Below are positions 45,970 through 54,930 of a stretch of 64,000 nucleotides of DNA, one piece after another. Under the pieces are notes generated by a model. The model had not been told where the DNA came from, searched no databases, and saw only the letters and a program-made list of their open reading frames with translations. Origin of the DNA: Alphaproteobacteria bacterium (GTDB lineage: Bacteria > Pseudomonadota > Alphaproteobacteria > CALKHQ01); NCBI GenBank assembly GCA_965227515.1, contig CBDDFZ010000001.1, forward strand, positions 3,615,692 through 3,679,691. Direction: 5' to 3'. Made by a program: the position numbers and the translations under genes. Within the stretch, counting starts at the first letter, position 1; the number at the start of each line of letters is the position of its first letter.

Positions 45970-48033
45970 CTACTCCTTTCGAAGCGTCATCGTGCCGTCT
46001 TCGTGCGCGGTGGCGGTCCAGCCCGGCGGCACGACCGTCGTCGTGTCGGTCTGGACGATGATTACCGGCCCCTGCAATGCCACGCCGGTCGGCATCCGCT
46101 CGCGATCATAGTAGCCGGTTTCGAACCCCTGCAACGCGCCATCGACGCTGAACATGCAGCGCGCCTGCCGCAGCAGCGCATCGTCCATCGCGCCTTCGGA
46201 CTTCAGCGCAGGCGTTTGCAGCGTGGGCATGGCGCCGATGCCGACGACGCGGATATTGACGATTTCGATCGGGCTGTCGGGGAAGGCATGGCCGTACTCG
46301 GCCTCATGCCTGGCATGGAACGCCTGCCAGACGCCCTCCATCGTATTGTCGTCCAGCGTGCCATCCGGGAACGGGATGCGCAGCTCGTAGCCTTGGCCGA
46401 CATAGCGCAACTCGCCGGACCGGCTGAGCGCGATGTCGGCCGGGTCGATGCTGTCGGCCGCGAACCGACCGACCAGATCCTCGGCCAGCGCCGAGAAGTC
46501 GCGGTCCAGCCGCGCCAGGTCGACGGCGCCCTGCACCATGAACTCGGTCTTGATGGCGTCGTACTTCAGGTCGGTGGTCAGCAGGCCGGCGGCCGACGTG
46601 ATGCCGGGGTGCGCCGGCACCACCACTTCGGGAATGCCGAGCAGGTCGGCAACCTCGGCGCCATGCAGCGGCCCGGCGCCGCCGAACGCCACCAGCGCGA
46701 AGTCGCGCGGATCGAGCCCCTTCTGAACGGTGCGGGATCGGATGGCATTGGCCATGTTGGCGTTGACGATGGTCAGCACGCCGGCCGCACAGGCATGCGC
46801 CGACAGGCCCAGCTCCTCCGCCAAGCCGCCGATCACCCGCTCGGACGCCGCGGCATCCAGCGCCATGGCGCCGCCAAGGAAATGCTCCGGATCCAGGCGC
46901 CCCAGCACCAGATTGGCATCGGTGACCGTCGGCCGTGTGCCACCGTTACCATAGGCCGCCGGCCCCGGCGTCGACCCCGCGCTCTGCGGCCCGACACGGA
47001 ACGCACCGCCCTTGTCGACCTGGGCGATGCTGCCGCCGCCGGCACCGATGGTCTCGATGTCGATCATCGGAACTAGCACCGGGAATCCGCCGATCTGGGT
47101 GTCGCGCGCCGCGGCCTCCTGGATCAGGCCGTCCTTGACGATGCCGATATCGGCGCTGGTGCCGCCGACATCGAAGGTGATGACGCGACCCCGGCCGGCG
47201 GCCGACCATGCGCCGCCATGCACGCCTGCGGCCGGGCCCGACAGCAAGGTCAACACCGGGTTCTGGGTCACCATGGCCGGGGTCAGCGCGCCGCCGTGGC
47301 TGCCCATCACCCTGAGCGTGGCATCCAGCCCGGCCGAAACCAGGCCACCCTCGAAATTGGCCACGTAGCGCCGGACCTTCGGCCCGATGAAGGCGTTCAT
47401 CGCCGCGGTCGTGAACCGCTCGAATTCGCGGAACTGTGGCGCCACGCCGGCTGAGTGGACCACGAAAACGTCCGGGCATTCGGCGGCCACGATCTCTGCC
47501 GCGCGCCGCTCGTGTGCGTCGTCGAGGTAGGAGAACAGGAAGCAGACCGCGATGGCCTCGACACCGTCTGCGCCGAGCTGGCGCGCGGCCTCGCGCACCC
47601 CATCCTCGTCCAGCGGGGTCAGCACGTGGCCGTCGGGCGGCGCGATCCGCTCGTCCACGACAAGGCGGTGCCGGCGCCGCACCAGCGGCGTCGCCTGCCA
47701 CGGGATGTCCTGCATGATCGAGTAGTTGAGCGGGCGCTGATGGCGGCCGATGTGCAGCACGTCGCGATAGCCCCGGCTGGTGATCATGCCGGTCTTGGCG
47801 CCGTCGTGCTCCAGCACCGCGTTGGTGGCGATGGTCGTGCCGTGGAAGACGACGTCGATGTCGCCGGGCTGCACGCCGGCCTTCGCGCAAAGCTCCGCGA
47901 TCCCGGCCATCGCACCCACCGAAGGGTCTTCGGTGGTCGTCGGCACCTTGTGGATGGTGGTCCTGCCGCTGCCTGTCTCGGTGTGGATCAGGTCGGTGAA
48001 TGTGCCCCCGACGTCGACGCCTATCAGATGCAC
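45970..48033 (-). CDS. hyuA: hydantoinase A/oxoprolinase family protein (pair 3)
   Basis: 687 aa with a GTG start and IGVDVGGTFTD. Confidence 0.9.
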   Translation of the reverse strand: MHLIGVDVGGTFTDLIHTETGSGRTTIHKVPTTTEDPSVGAMAGIAELCAKAGVQPGDIDVVFHGTTIATNAVLEHDGAKTGMITSRGYRDVLHIGRHQRPLNYSIMQDIPWQATPLVRRRHRLVVDERIAPPDGHVLTPLDEDGVREAARQLGADGVEAIAVCFLFSYLDDAHERRAAEIVAAECPDVFVVHSAGVAPQFREFERFTTAAMNAFIGPKVRRYVANFEGGLVSAGLDATLRVMGSHGGALTPAMVTQNPVLTLLSGPAAGVHGGAWSAAGRGRVITFDVGGTSADIGIVKDGLIQEAAARDTQIGGFPVLVPMIDIETIGAGGGSIAQVDKGGAFRVGPQSAGSTPGPAAYGNGGTRPTVTDANLVLGRLDPEHFLGGAMALDAAASERVIGGLAEELGLSAHACAAGVLTIVNANMANAIRSRTVQKGLDPRDFALVAFGGAGPLHGAEVADLLGIPEVVVPAHPGITSAAGLLTTDLKYDAIKTEFMVQGAVDLARLDRDFSALAEDLVGRFAADSIDPADIALSRSGELRYVGQGYELRIPFPDGTLDDNTMEGVWQAFHARHEAEYGHAFPDSPIEIVNIRVVGIGAMPTLQTPALKSEGAMDDALLRQARCMFSVDGALQGFETGYYDRERMPTGVALQGPVIIVQTDTTTVVPPGWTATAHEDGTMTLRKE

Positions 48034-48070
48034 GCCACCCTACCCCCGCACTCGTCCGCTGGCCTTGTGA

Positions 48071-49165
48071 TCACCCTTCCAGCACGTGGATCTGGTCGGC
48101 CCGCCACGACACGATGGCCGTCTCGCCAATCGACAACGGCTCCTTGAAGAACAGATCGTCGGGCACGTAGGACACGAATTCGTCGTCGCCCGGCACGCTC
48201 AGCGTCACCTTGACGTAGGTGCCCTGGTACTCGATGGCGCGCACGGTCCCCAACACATGGTTGGGGCTGCCGTCGACACCGTCGCCGTGCGCCACGGCGG
48301 TGTAGTCCCGGCGGATCGAGAGCGCCACGTGCTGGCCATTCGAAAACGTCTTGCCGCCGCTGTCGAACTGATACGCCTGGCCCTGCTCGCCGCGCAGGTT
48401 GACCGTGGTCCCCGAGACCGATTCCACCGCACCGCTCATCACGTTCTGGCCGCCCATGAAGCGGGCGACATAACCGTTGTTGGGGTGCGCGTAGACGTCC
48501 ACCGCCGACGATGTCTGCGAGATGTGGCCCTGGTCCATCACCACCACCTGGTCGGCAACCGCGATCGCCTCGAGCTGGGTGTGGGTGACGTGGATAAAGG
48601 TGATGCCCAGGTCGCGCTGCATCTGCCTGAGCTCGCTGCGCATCTGCAGGCGCAGGAATTCGTCGAGCGCCGACAGCGGTTCGTCCAGCAACAGCACCCG
48701 CGGATTGGTGATCACTGCGCGGGCCAGCGCCACGCGCTGCTGCTGCCCGCCGGAAAGCTGCGCCGGCATGCGGCCTGCCAACTGGTCGAGCTGGACCCGT
48801 TGCAAGGTCTCGAACGCCTTCTCGCGGCGCTCCGTTTTGCCCATGCCCTGCATCTTCAGCCGGAAGGCGACATTGTCCAGCACCGACAAGTGTGGGAACA
48901 GCGCATAGCTCTGGAACATCATCGCCGTTCCGCGTTCCACCGGCGTCTTGCCGATCACCGGCTGGCCGCCGATCGTCACCTCGCCACTGCTCGGGCTCTC
49001 GTGGCCGGCGATCATGCGCAGGATCGTGGTCTTGCCGCAGCCGCTGGGGCCGAGCAGGCAGCAATAGGTGCCGCCCTCGATGGTCAGGTCGATGTTGTCG
49101 ACGGCCTTCAGGTCGCCAAAGGTCTTGGTGACGCCCTTGAGTTGTATTTCGCCAGGCTTGGTCAT
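48071..49165 (-). CDS. ABC transporter ATP-binding protein (PotA/spermidine-putrescine type)
   Basis: Start MTKPGEIQL at 49165. GPSGCGKTT, LSGGQQQRVALARA, LLLDEPLS. Confidence 0.9.
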   Translation of the reverse strand: MTKPGEIQLKGVTKTFGDLKAVDNIDLTIEGGTYCCLLGPSGCGKTTILRMIAGHESPSSGEVTIGGQPVIGKTPVERGTAMMFQSYALFPHLSVLDNVAFRLKMQGMGKTERREKAFETLQRVQLDQLAGRMPAQLSGGQQQRVALARAVITNPRVLLLDEPLSALDEFLRLQMRSELRQMQRDLGITFIHVTHTQLEAIAVADQVVVMDQGHISQTSSAVDVYAHPNNGYVARFMGGQNVMSGAVESVSGTTVNLRGEQGQAYQFDSGGKTFSNGQHVALSIRRDYTAVAHGDGVDGSPNHVLGTVRAIEYQGTYVKVTLSVPGDDEFVSYVPDDLFFKEPLSIGETAIVSWRADQIHVLEG

Positions 49166-49173
49166 GAGTGCGT

Positions 49174-50004
49174 TCAGGTTCCTTGCCGCCGGCGGTGCCG
49201 GATATATGCGATCGAGCCCAGGGCCAGCGCGATGGCCGCAAACGAGATCAGCGTGGTGACGGTGCCGAGCGCATAGAGCGCGGGCGACGTCACGTTCGTG
49301 GTCATGGTGTAGATCTCGATCGGCAGCGTGTTGCGCGAGCCCACGGCCACCCAACTGCGGGGGAATTCATCGTAGGAGAGCGTGAAGCCGAACAGCGCCA
49401 CCGCGATGATGCCGGGCAGCACGATAGGGATGACCACCTGGGTCAGCCGCTGCCAGCGGTTGGCGCCCAGGTCGTAGGCCGCCTCCTCGTACGCCGGGTT
49501 CAGGCGGCTGAGCACCGCGAACATGATCAACAGCCCGAACGGCAGCGTCCAGGTCAGGTGCGCGCCCAGGCCGGACGAGTACCAGCGCGTCGGGATATCG
49601 AAGAACTCGCGGAACGAGATCTGGATACCGACGCTCAGCACCAGGCTGGGCATGATCAGGCTGATCAGCACCATGTAGAACAGCACCGCGGAGCCCGGGA
49701 ACTTGCGGCGGAACGCCAGGCCGGCGGCGACCGACACCACGACGGTGATGATCATGACGATGAAGGCCAGCGGCAGCGTGCGTGAGAACGCGCCGCCGAC
49801 GTCGCCGGTGCGGGCCTGGCCGAACAGCGCCTCGAACCAGTGGAAGCCGGGGTCGCGCAGCGGGAACACAAGGCCGCCGGTCGGACCCTGGAACGACAGC
49901 ACGAAGATCGAGATCATCGGCCCGTACAGGAACAGCACGAACAGCGCGAACACCGCTGCCAGTACGTAGAACGTCCAGGGACGCTTGCCACGTTGTTGCT
50001 GCAT
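49174..50004 (-). CDS. ABC transporter permease (PotC-like)
   Basis: 276 aa, multi-TM. Confidence 0.85.
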   Translation of the reverse strand: MQQQRGKRPWTFYVLAAVFALFVLFLYGPMISIFVLSFQGPTGGLVFPLRDPGFHWFEALFGQARTGDVGGAFSRTLPLAFIVMIITVVVSVAAGLAFRRKFPGSAVLFYMVLISLIMPSLVLSVGIQISFREFFDIPTRWYSSGLGAHLTWTLPFGLLIMFAVLSRLNPAYEEAAYDLGANRWQRLTQVVIPIVLPGIIAVALFGFTLSYDEFPRSWVAVGSRNTLPIEIYTMTTNVTSPALYALGTVTTLISFAAIALALGSIAYIRHRRRQGT

Positions 50005-50010
50005 GTGCCC

Positions 50011-50868
50011 CTAGCCCGTCAGTTCTTTGCGCACATCGACAATGCGGAACACCGCCAACGCGATCAGCACGACGATAATCAGCAGGATGATGGAGTTCGC
50101 CGCGACGCGCGGGTAGTTCTGGATATTGAGGTCGTTGGCGACGCCGAACGAGACCGAGCCGGAGAGGCCGCCGCTCATGACGGCCACGACGTAGAAGTCG
50201 CTCATCACCAGGGTCACCACGAACACGGTGCCCAGCGCGATACCCGTCTTCGACAACGGGATAATCACGTTCCAGATCACGCTCCAGCGGCTGGCGCCGG
50301 CATCGACCGCCGCCTCGACCAGGTTCTTGTCGATGCGCGCCATGGCGTTGAAGATCGGCACGATCATGAACAGCGTGAACAGGTGGACATAGGCCACCAC
50401 GACCGAAAAGTCGGAGAACAACAGCCACTTCACCGGCTCGTCGACCACGCCGGCGTCCATCAGCGCGGCGTTGATCAGCCCCTCGGTGCCGAGCAGCGGC
50501 TTCCACGAAATCATGCGGATGATGTTGGAGGTCCAGAACGGCACCGTGCAGACCAGGAACAGGCCGATGGCAACCAGGATGGAGCGGATGTGGAAGACCA
50601 GGAAATAGGCGATCCAGAACCCCAGCACCAACGTGATCACCAGCACGATGGCGGTGAATTTGAGACTGGACAGGTAGAGCTGCAGGTTCACCGAACTGGT
50701 CAGCACGTCGATGTAGTTTTCGAACGTGAAGTCCGGAACGCTGCCCGTGTAGAGCACGAAGCGATAGACGCTGACCACCAGCACCAGCGCCATCGGCACG
50801 ACCAGAAAGATCAGCAGCACCAGGGCCAGCGGCGTTACCTGCAAGAGCGCGAGCGTGTTCCGTGTCAT
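50011..50868 (-). CDS. ABC transporter permease (PotB-like)
   Basis: 285 aa, multi-TM. Confidence 0.85.
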   Translation of the reverse strand: MTRNTLALLQVTPLALVLLIFLVVPMALVLVVSVYRFVLYTGSVPDFTFENYIDVLTSSVNLQLYLSSLKFTAIVLVITLVLGFWIAYFLVFHIRSILVAIGLFLVCTVPFWTSNIIRMISWKPLLGTEGLINAALMDAGVVDEPVKWLLFSDFSVVVAYVHLFTLFMIVPIFNAMARIDKNLVEAAVDAGASRWSVIWNVIIPLSKTGIALGTVFVVTLVMSDFYVVAVMSGGLSGSVSFGVANDLNIQNYPRVAANSIILLIIVVLIALAVFRIVDVRKELTG

Positions 50869-51001
50869 CTGGCCGGGGTCATCTGGTCGGGGTCATCTGG
50901 TCGTGCTTGCCCTGTCGATCATGCATTCGCATTTGAGGGTATCGAAAATTCGGGGACGGCCATCGGCCGCCCCCGTCCTGCATCGGATGCAAACCTGATG
51001 C

Positions 51002-52312
51002 CTAAGCGGCGTTGAACTCGTTCCACTTGGCGAACAGGAACTCCGCCTCGTCCATCAGGTTGTTCCAGACCGCGACCTTGCTGAAGCGATCCTCGTAGGA
51101 GCCGCCGTCGCGCACGTCGCCCGGCTGGTTGGTCACGTCGCCGGTCGGGCTGGTGATGACGTCGGTCGCCGGCTGGCCGCCGTAGAAGAAGCCCCACTCG
51201 TTCTCGGTCAGGAAGTCCTTCGCCGTCTCCGGCACCGAGATGTAGTAGCCCTGCTTGGCGATGAAGCCGCCGGTCCAGCCGGAGACGTACCAGTTCAGGT
51301 ACTCGTAGGCCGCATCGAGCCGGATGCCTTCCAGGTGCGACATCAGCGCCAGGCCGTTGCCCCAGCCGCGCAGCCCCTCTTTCAGGTGCACGTACTCGCA
51401 GTCGATGCCCTGGGTGCGCACCGCGGTCACCGCCGGCGACCACATCGACTGGATCAGCACCTCGCCGGCCGCCATCAGGTTCACCGACTCATCGAACGTG
51501 TTCCACAGGGCGCGCCAGTGGCCGTCCTGCTTCAACTGGATCAGTTTGTTGATGGTGGCTTCCAGCTCGTCGCGGGTCGGGTTGCCCTTATCGGCGTAGG
51601 TCAGTTCGCCCGACGCCTCCATGGCCATGATCGCGTCCATGATGCCGATGGTCGGGATGTTCTGGATCGCGGTCTGGCCGGCGAACTCCGGATTGAACAG
51701 CTCGGCCCAGCTCTCGACCGGGCGGCCGATCAGGTCGGGGCGAATGCCCAGGGTGTCGGCGTTGTACACGCCGGGCATGAAGGTCGCCCACTCGGTCGGC
51801 CCGTCGGTGAACCCACCGTCGATGCCGTCGCGATACATCAGCTCGAACGGCGAGTCGCCCTCGCGGCTGACCTCGGCGCCCTCGAACTGGCCCTCGGTGT
51901 AGATGGGCGTCATCTTGTCCCACAACGAGATGCGGTTGACGTCGACCGCCTGGGTCACGCCCTGCGGCACATAGATCTTGGTCTGCCAGATCTCGCTGTC
52001 CGCGACGTCGATGGATTCCGGCTCGTTCGACATCCGGTTCAACAGGCCGCCATGGTCGGTGACCGACATTTCCACCGTGAAGCCCAGATCCTCGCTGGCC
52101 TGGCGCGAGATGTCGATCAGCGTCGAATACGACATGCCGGTGTGATTGATGGTGATGTCGCGGATTTCCTGCGCCCAGATGGTCGGGGCGCCAATCACGC
52201 TGGTCGTCGCGGCGGCACCGGTTGCGGCGGCAGCACCCTTCAGCACCTTGCGGCGGCTGATGTCCCCGGTGACGGCCTGCTCGGCGGCATTCGACGTTTT
52301 CGGCTTGGTCAT
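51002..52312 (-). CDS. ABC substrate-binding protein (PotD/PotF-like), Tat signal
   Basis: ATG at 52312 preceded by a GGGGGAGA SD. The SRRKVLKGAAAATGAAA twin-arginine leader is present. Confidence 0.85.
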   Translation of the reverse strand: MTKPKTSNAAEQAVTGDISRRKVLKGAAAATGAAATTSVIGAPTIWAQEIRDITINHTGMSYSTLIDISRQASEDLGFTVEMSVTDHGGLLNRMSNEPESIDVADSEIWQTKIYVPQGVTQAVDVNRISLWDKMTPIYTEGQFEGAEVSREGDSPFELMYRDGIDGGFTDGPTEWATFMPGVYNADTLGIRPDLIGRPVESWAELFNPEFAGQTAIQNIPTIGIMDAIMAMEASGELTYADKGNPTRDELEATINKLIQLKQDGHWRALWNTFDESVNLMAAGEVLIQSMWSPAVTAVRTQGIDCEYVHLKEGLRGWGNGLALMSHLEGIRLDAAYEYLNWYVSGWTGGFIAKQGYYISVPETAKDFLTENEWGFFYGGQPATDVITSPTGDVTNQPGDVRDGGSYEDRFSKVAVWNNLMDEAEFLFAKWNEFNAA

Positions 52313-52636
52313 GCTGTCTCCCCCTGGATCATCGGCCGCGTACGGCACGCATCCGCTCGATAAACGAAAACCTGCCGGCCGGGGCGATTCCGGATCGTCC
52401 CATGCTGCAGGCGCGTACGAAAATTTCAGTTGGTTCCTCGACGAATGTCAAGGCATTGCGCATTCCGGACGGTGTAATTTATTGATGCAGGGGAAAAGTT
52501 TTTACGCGGCCGCCCAGGGGTAGCCGACTCTTTGTGATGGACATGACCCGCGGTCTCGTTGGACCCTTGCTGCGCCGCACCAAGGCACACCGGGGCTGGC
52601 GATGACCGGCGGGGCGACTGAGGGAGGGTACACGGA

Positions 52637-53515
52637 ATGGCCAAGGAAATTTTCTGCGCGTTCGGAGTCGACGTCGATGCGGTTGGCGGTTGGCTGGGCT
52701 CCTATGGTGGCGAGGACAGCCCCTGCGACATCTCGCGCGGCATGTTCTCCGGCGAGGTCGGGTCACTGCGCCTGCTCAAGCTGTTCGACCGCTGGGGCAT
52801 CAAGACCACGTGGTTCATCCCCGGCCATTCGATCGAGACGTTCCCCGAGCAGATGAAGGCGGTTGCGGATGCCGGCCACGAGATCGGCATGCACGGCTAC
52901 AGCCACGAGAACCCGATCGCCATGTCCCCGGATCAGGAAGAGGCAGTGATGGACAAGTCCATCGCCCTGATCGAGGAGTTGTGCGGGCGGCGGCCGACCG
53001 GCTTCGTCGCGCCATGGTGGGAGTTCTCCCCCATCTCCAACGAGCTATTGCTGAAGAAGGGCATCAAGTACGACCACTCGCTGATGCACGACGACTTCAC
53101 GCCCTACTACGTGCGGGTCGGCGATAGCTGGACCAAGATCGACTACACCAAGAAGGCCGAGGAGTGGATGAAGCCGCTGGTGCGCGGCACCGAGACCGAC
53201 CTGATCGAAATCCCGGCCTCGTGGTACCTGGACGACCTGCCGCCGATGATGTTCATGAAGGCGGCGCCGAACAGCCACGGTTTCGTCAATCCGCGCCACC
53301 TGGAGGAAATGTGGCGCGACCAGTTCGACTGGGTCTACCGCGAGATGGACTATGCGGTGGTCACGTTCACCATCCACCCAGACGTGTCCGGCAAGCCGCA
53401 GGTGCTGCTGATGCTGGAGCGGCTGTACGAGCACATCATCGGCCACGCGGGCGTCACGTTCACGACGTTCGATGCCATCGCCGACGATTTCGCCAAGCGG
53501 TCGCCGCGGACCTGA
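52637..53515 (+). CDS. polysaccharide deacetylase (NodB-fold) family hydrolase, paralogue of 4147-5061
   Basis: 292 aa with FGVDVDAV and [15 protein letters not shown] motifs. GAGGGAGGG SD. Confidence 0.85.
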   Translation: MAKEIFCAFGVDVDAVGGWLGSYGGEDSPCDISRGMFSGEVGSLRLLKLFDRWGIKTTWFIPGHSIETFPEQMKAVADAGHEIGMHGYSHENPIAMSPDQEEAVMDKSIALIEELCGRRPTGFVAPWWEFSPISNELLLKKGIKYDHSLMHDDFTPYYVRVGDSWTKIDYTKKAEEWMKPLVRGTETDLIEIPASWYLDDLPPMMFMKAAPNSHGFVNPRHLEEMWRDQFDWVYREMDYAVVTFTIHPDVSGKPQVLLMLERLYEHIIGHAGVTFTTFDAIADDFAKRSPRT

Positions 53516-53532
53516 CCGCGCGGGCACGGGCG

Positions 53533-53880
53533 ATGTGCGGGCTTTGCGGCATGCTGGGGGTCGACGTTCACTGGAGCGACGCCGCCAGCACGCCCGAAGC
53601 CTTCGTCGGCCGGGACATATCGCGCCGGCGGGATCGTGCCGAACGCATCACGCTGATCGATCGCATCCTGCGCCCTGCCGGCATTCGGGCCCGTGACTGG
53701 CAGGGCACGTCCTATGTGCTGTCGACCCTGACCGGCAAGACCGCAGTGGTCGATCATCTGGGCCGTCTTTGGGCGGAGGCGGAGCGTCTGGCCGGGCGCC
53801 CGCTCGACCCGCTTGCCCCGGATCTGATCGTCGCCCTGGAGCGTGCCGGCGAACCGGAAGCGGCCGATGCCGGCATATGA
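53533..53880 (+). CDS. hypothetical small protein with N-terminal CxxC (MCGLCGM...)
   Basis: 115 aa with GC3-rich codon usage like its neighbours. Starts 18 nt after the deacetylase stop and overlaps the COG0523 start by 14 nt. No family recognised. Confidence 0.45.
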   Translation: MCGLCGMLGVDVHWSDAASTPEAFVGRDISRRRDRAERITLIDRILRPAGIRARDWQGTSYVLSTLTGKTAVVDHLGRLWAEAERLAGRPLDPLAPDLIVALERAGEPEAADAGI

Positions 53881-54898
53881 GGCGTTCATCCCGGTCAATG
53901 TGCTGACCGGCTTCCTGGGCAGCGGCAAGACCAGCCTGCTGCAGCGCCTGGTGCGCGCGCCGCAGATGGCGCGCACCGCCGTGCTGATCAACGAGTTCGG
54001 CGAGATCGGGCTCGACCATTTGCTGCTGGAAGCGGTCGACGAGGGCACGGTGGTGCTGCAAAGCGGCTGCGTGTGCTGCACCATTCGCGGCGACCTGCGC
54101 GATGCGATCCGCGATCTCTACGGCAAGCGCGAAAGCGGCGCGGTGCCCTATTTCGACCGGCTGGTGATCGAGACCACGGGGCTGGCCGATCCCGCCCCCA
54201 TCGTCAGCACCCTGATGGCGGACCCGATGATCCGCCACCATTTCCGCCTGGGCAACGTGGTCACCACCGTCGACGGGCAGCACGGCGTGCTGCACCTGGC
54301 GGACAACCCGGAATCGGCCAAGCAGGCCGCCGTGGCCGACCGGTTGGTGATCACCAAGACCGACATTGCCGATGCCGATGGGGTCGCGGCTGTGCGCCGC
54401 GCGCTCGCCGCCATCAATCCCACCGCCGGCGTCTATGACGGCGCCCATGACGCGCTGGACCCCGACGACCTGTTGCGCGCCGATGTCTACGACCCGGCGA
54501 CCAAGGCGGCCGAAGTGCAACGCTGGCTGCAGGACGAAGCGCCCGGCACCGCTCATGGCCACGCCCACGACCCGAACCGCCACGACCGCGATATCCACGC
54601 GTTCTCCATCGTCGAGGATCGCCCGCTGGACTGGTCCGCCTTCGGGCTCTGGCTCACCATGCTGCTGAACCGCCATGGCGACCGCGTGCTGCGGGTGAAG
54701 GGCATCCTGAACGTCATCGGCACGTCGGCGCCGGTGGTGCTGCACGGCGTGCAGTACACGGTGCATCCGCCGGTGCACCTGCCCGACTGGCCGAGCAAGG
54801 ACCGGCGTTCGCGCATCGTGTTCATCGTGCGCGGCCTGGACGAGGCGGCGATCCGGCGCTCGCTGATGGCCTTCAACCGGCTCGCCAACGCGGCCTGA
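53867..54898 (+). CDS. CobW/COG0523-family G3E GTPase metallochaperone
   Basis: P-loop GFLGSGKTS, CxCC motif GCVCCT, ETTGLADP, TKTD, His-rich linker HGHAHDPNRHDRDIH and a CobW_C-like end. Confidence 0.85.
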   Translation: MPAYEAFIPVNVLTGFLGSGKTSLLQRLVRAPQMARTAVLINEFGEIGLDHLLLEAVDEGTVVLQSGCVCCTIRGDLRDAIRDLYGKRESGAVPYFDRLVIETTGLADPAPIVSTLMADPMIRHHFRLGNVVTTVDGQHGVLHLADNPESAKQAAVADRLVITKTDIADADGVAAVRRALAAINPTAGVYDGAHDALDPDDLLRADVYDPATKAAEVQRWLQDEAPGTAHGHAHDPNRHDRDIHAFSIVEDRPLDWSAFGLWLTMLLNRHGDRVLRVKGILNVIGTSAPVVLHGVQYTVHPPVHLPDWPSKDRRSRIVFIVRGLDEAAIRRSLMAFNRLANAA

Positions 54899-54930
54899 CC
54901 GACCCAAGCAGCCGACCAAGGGGGATGAAC

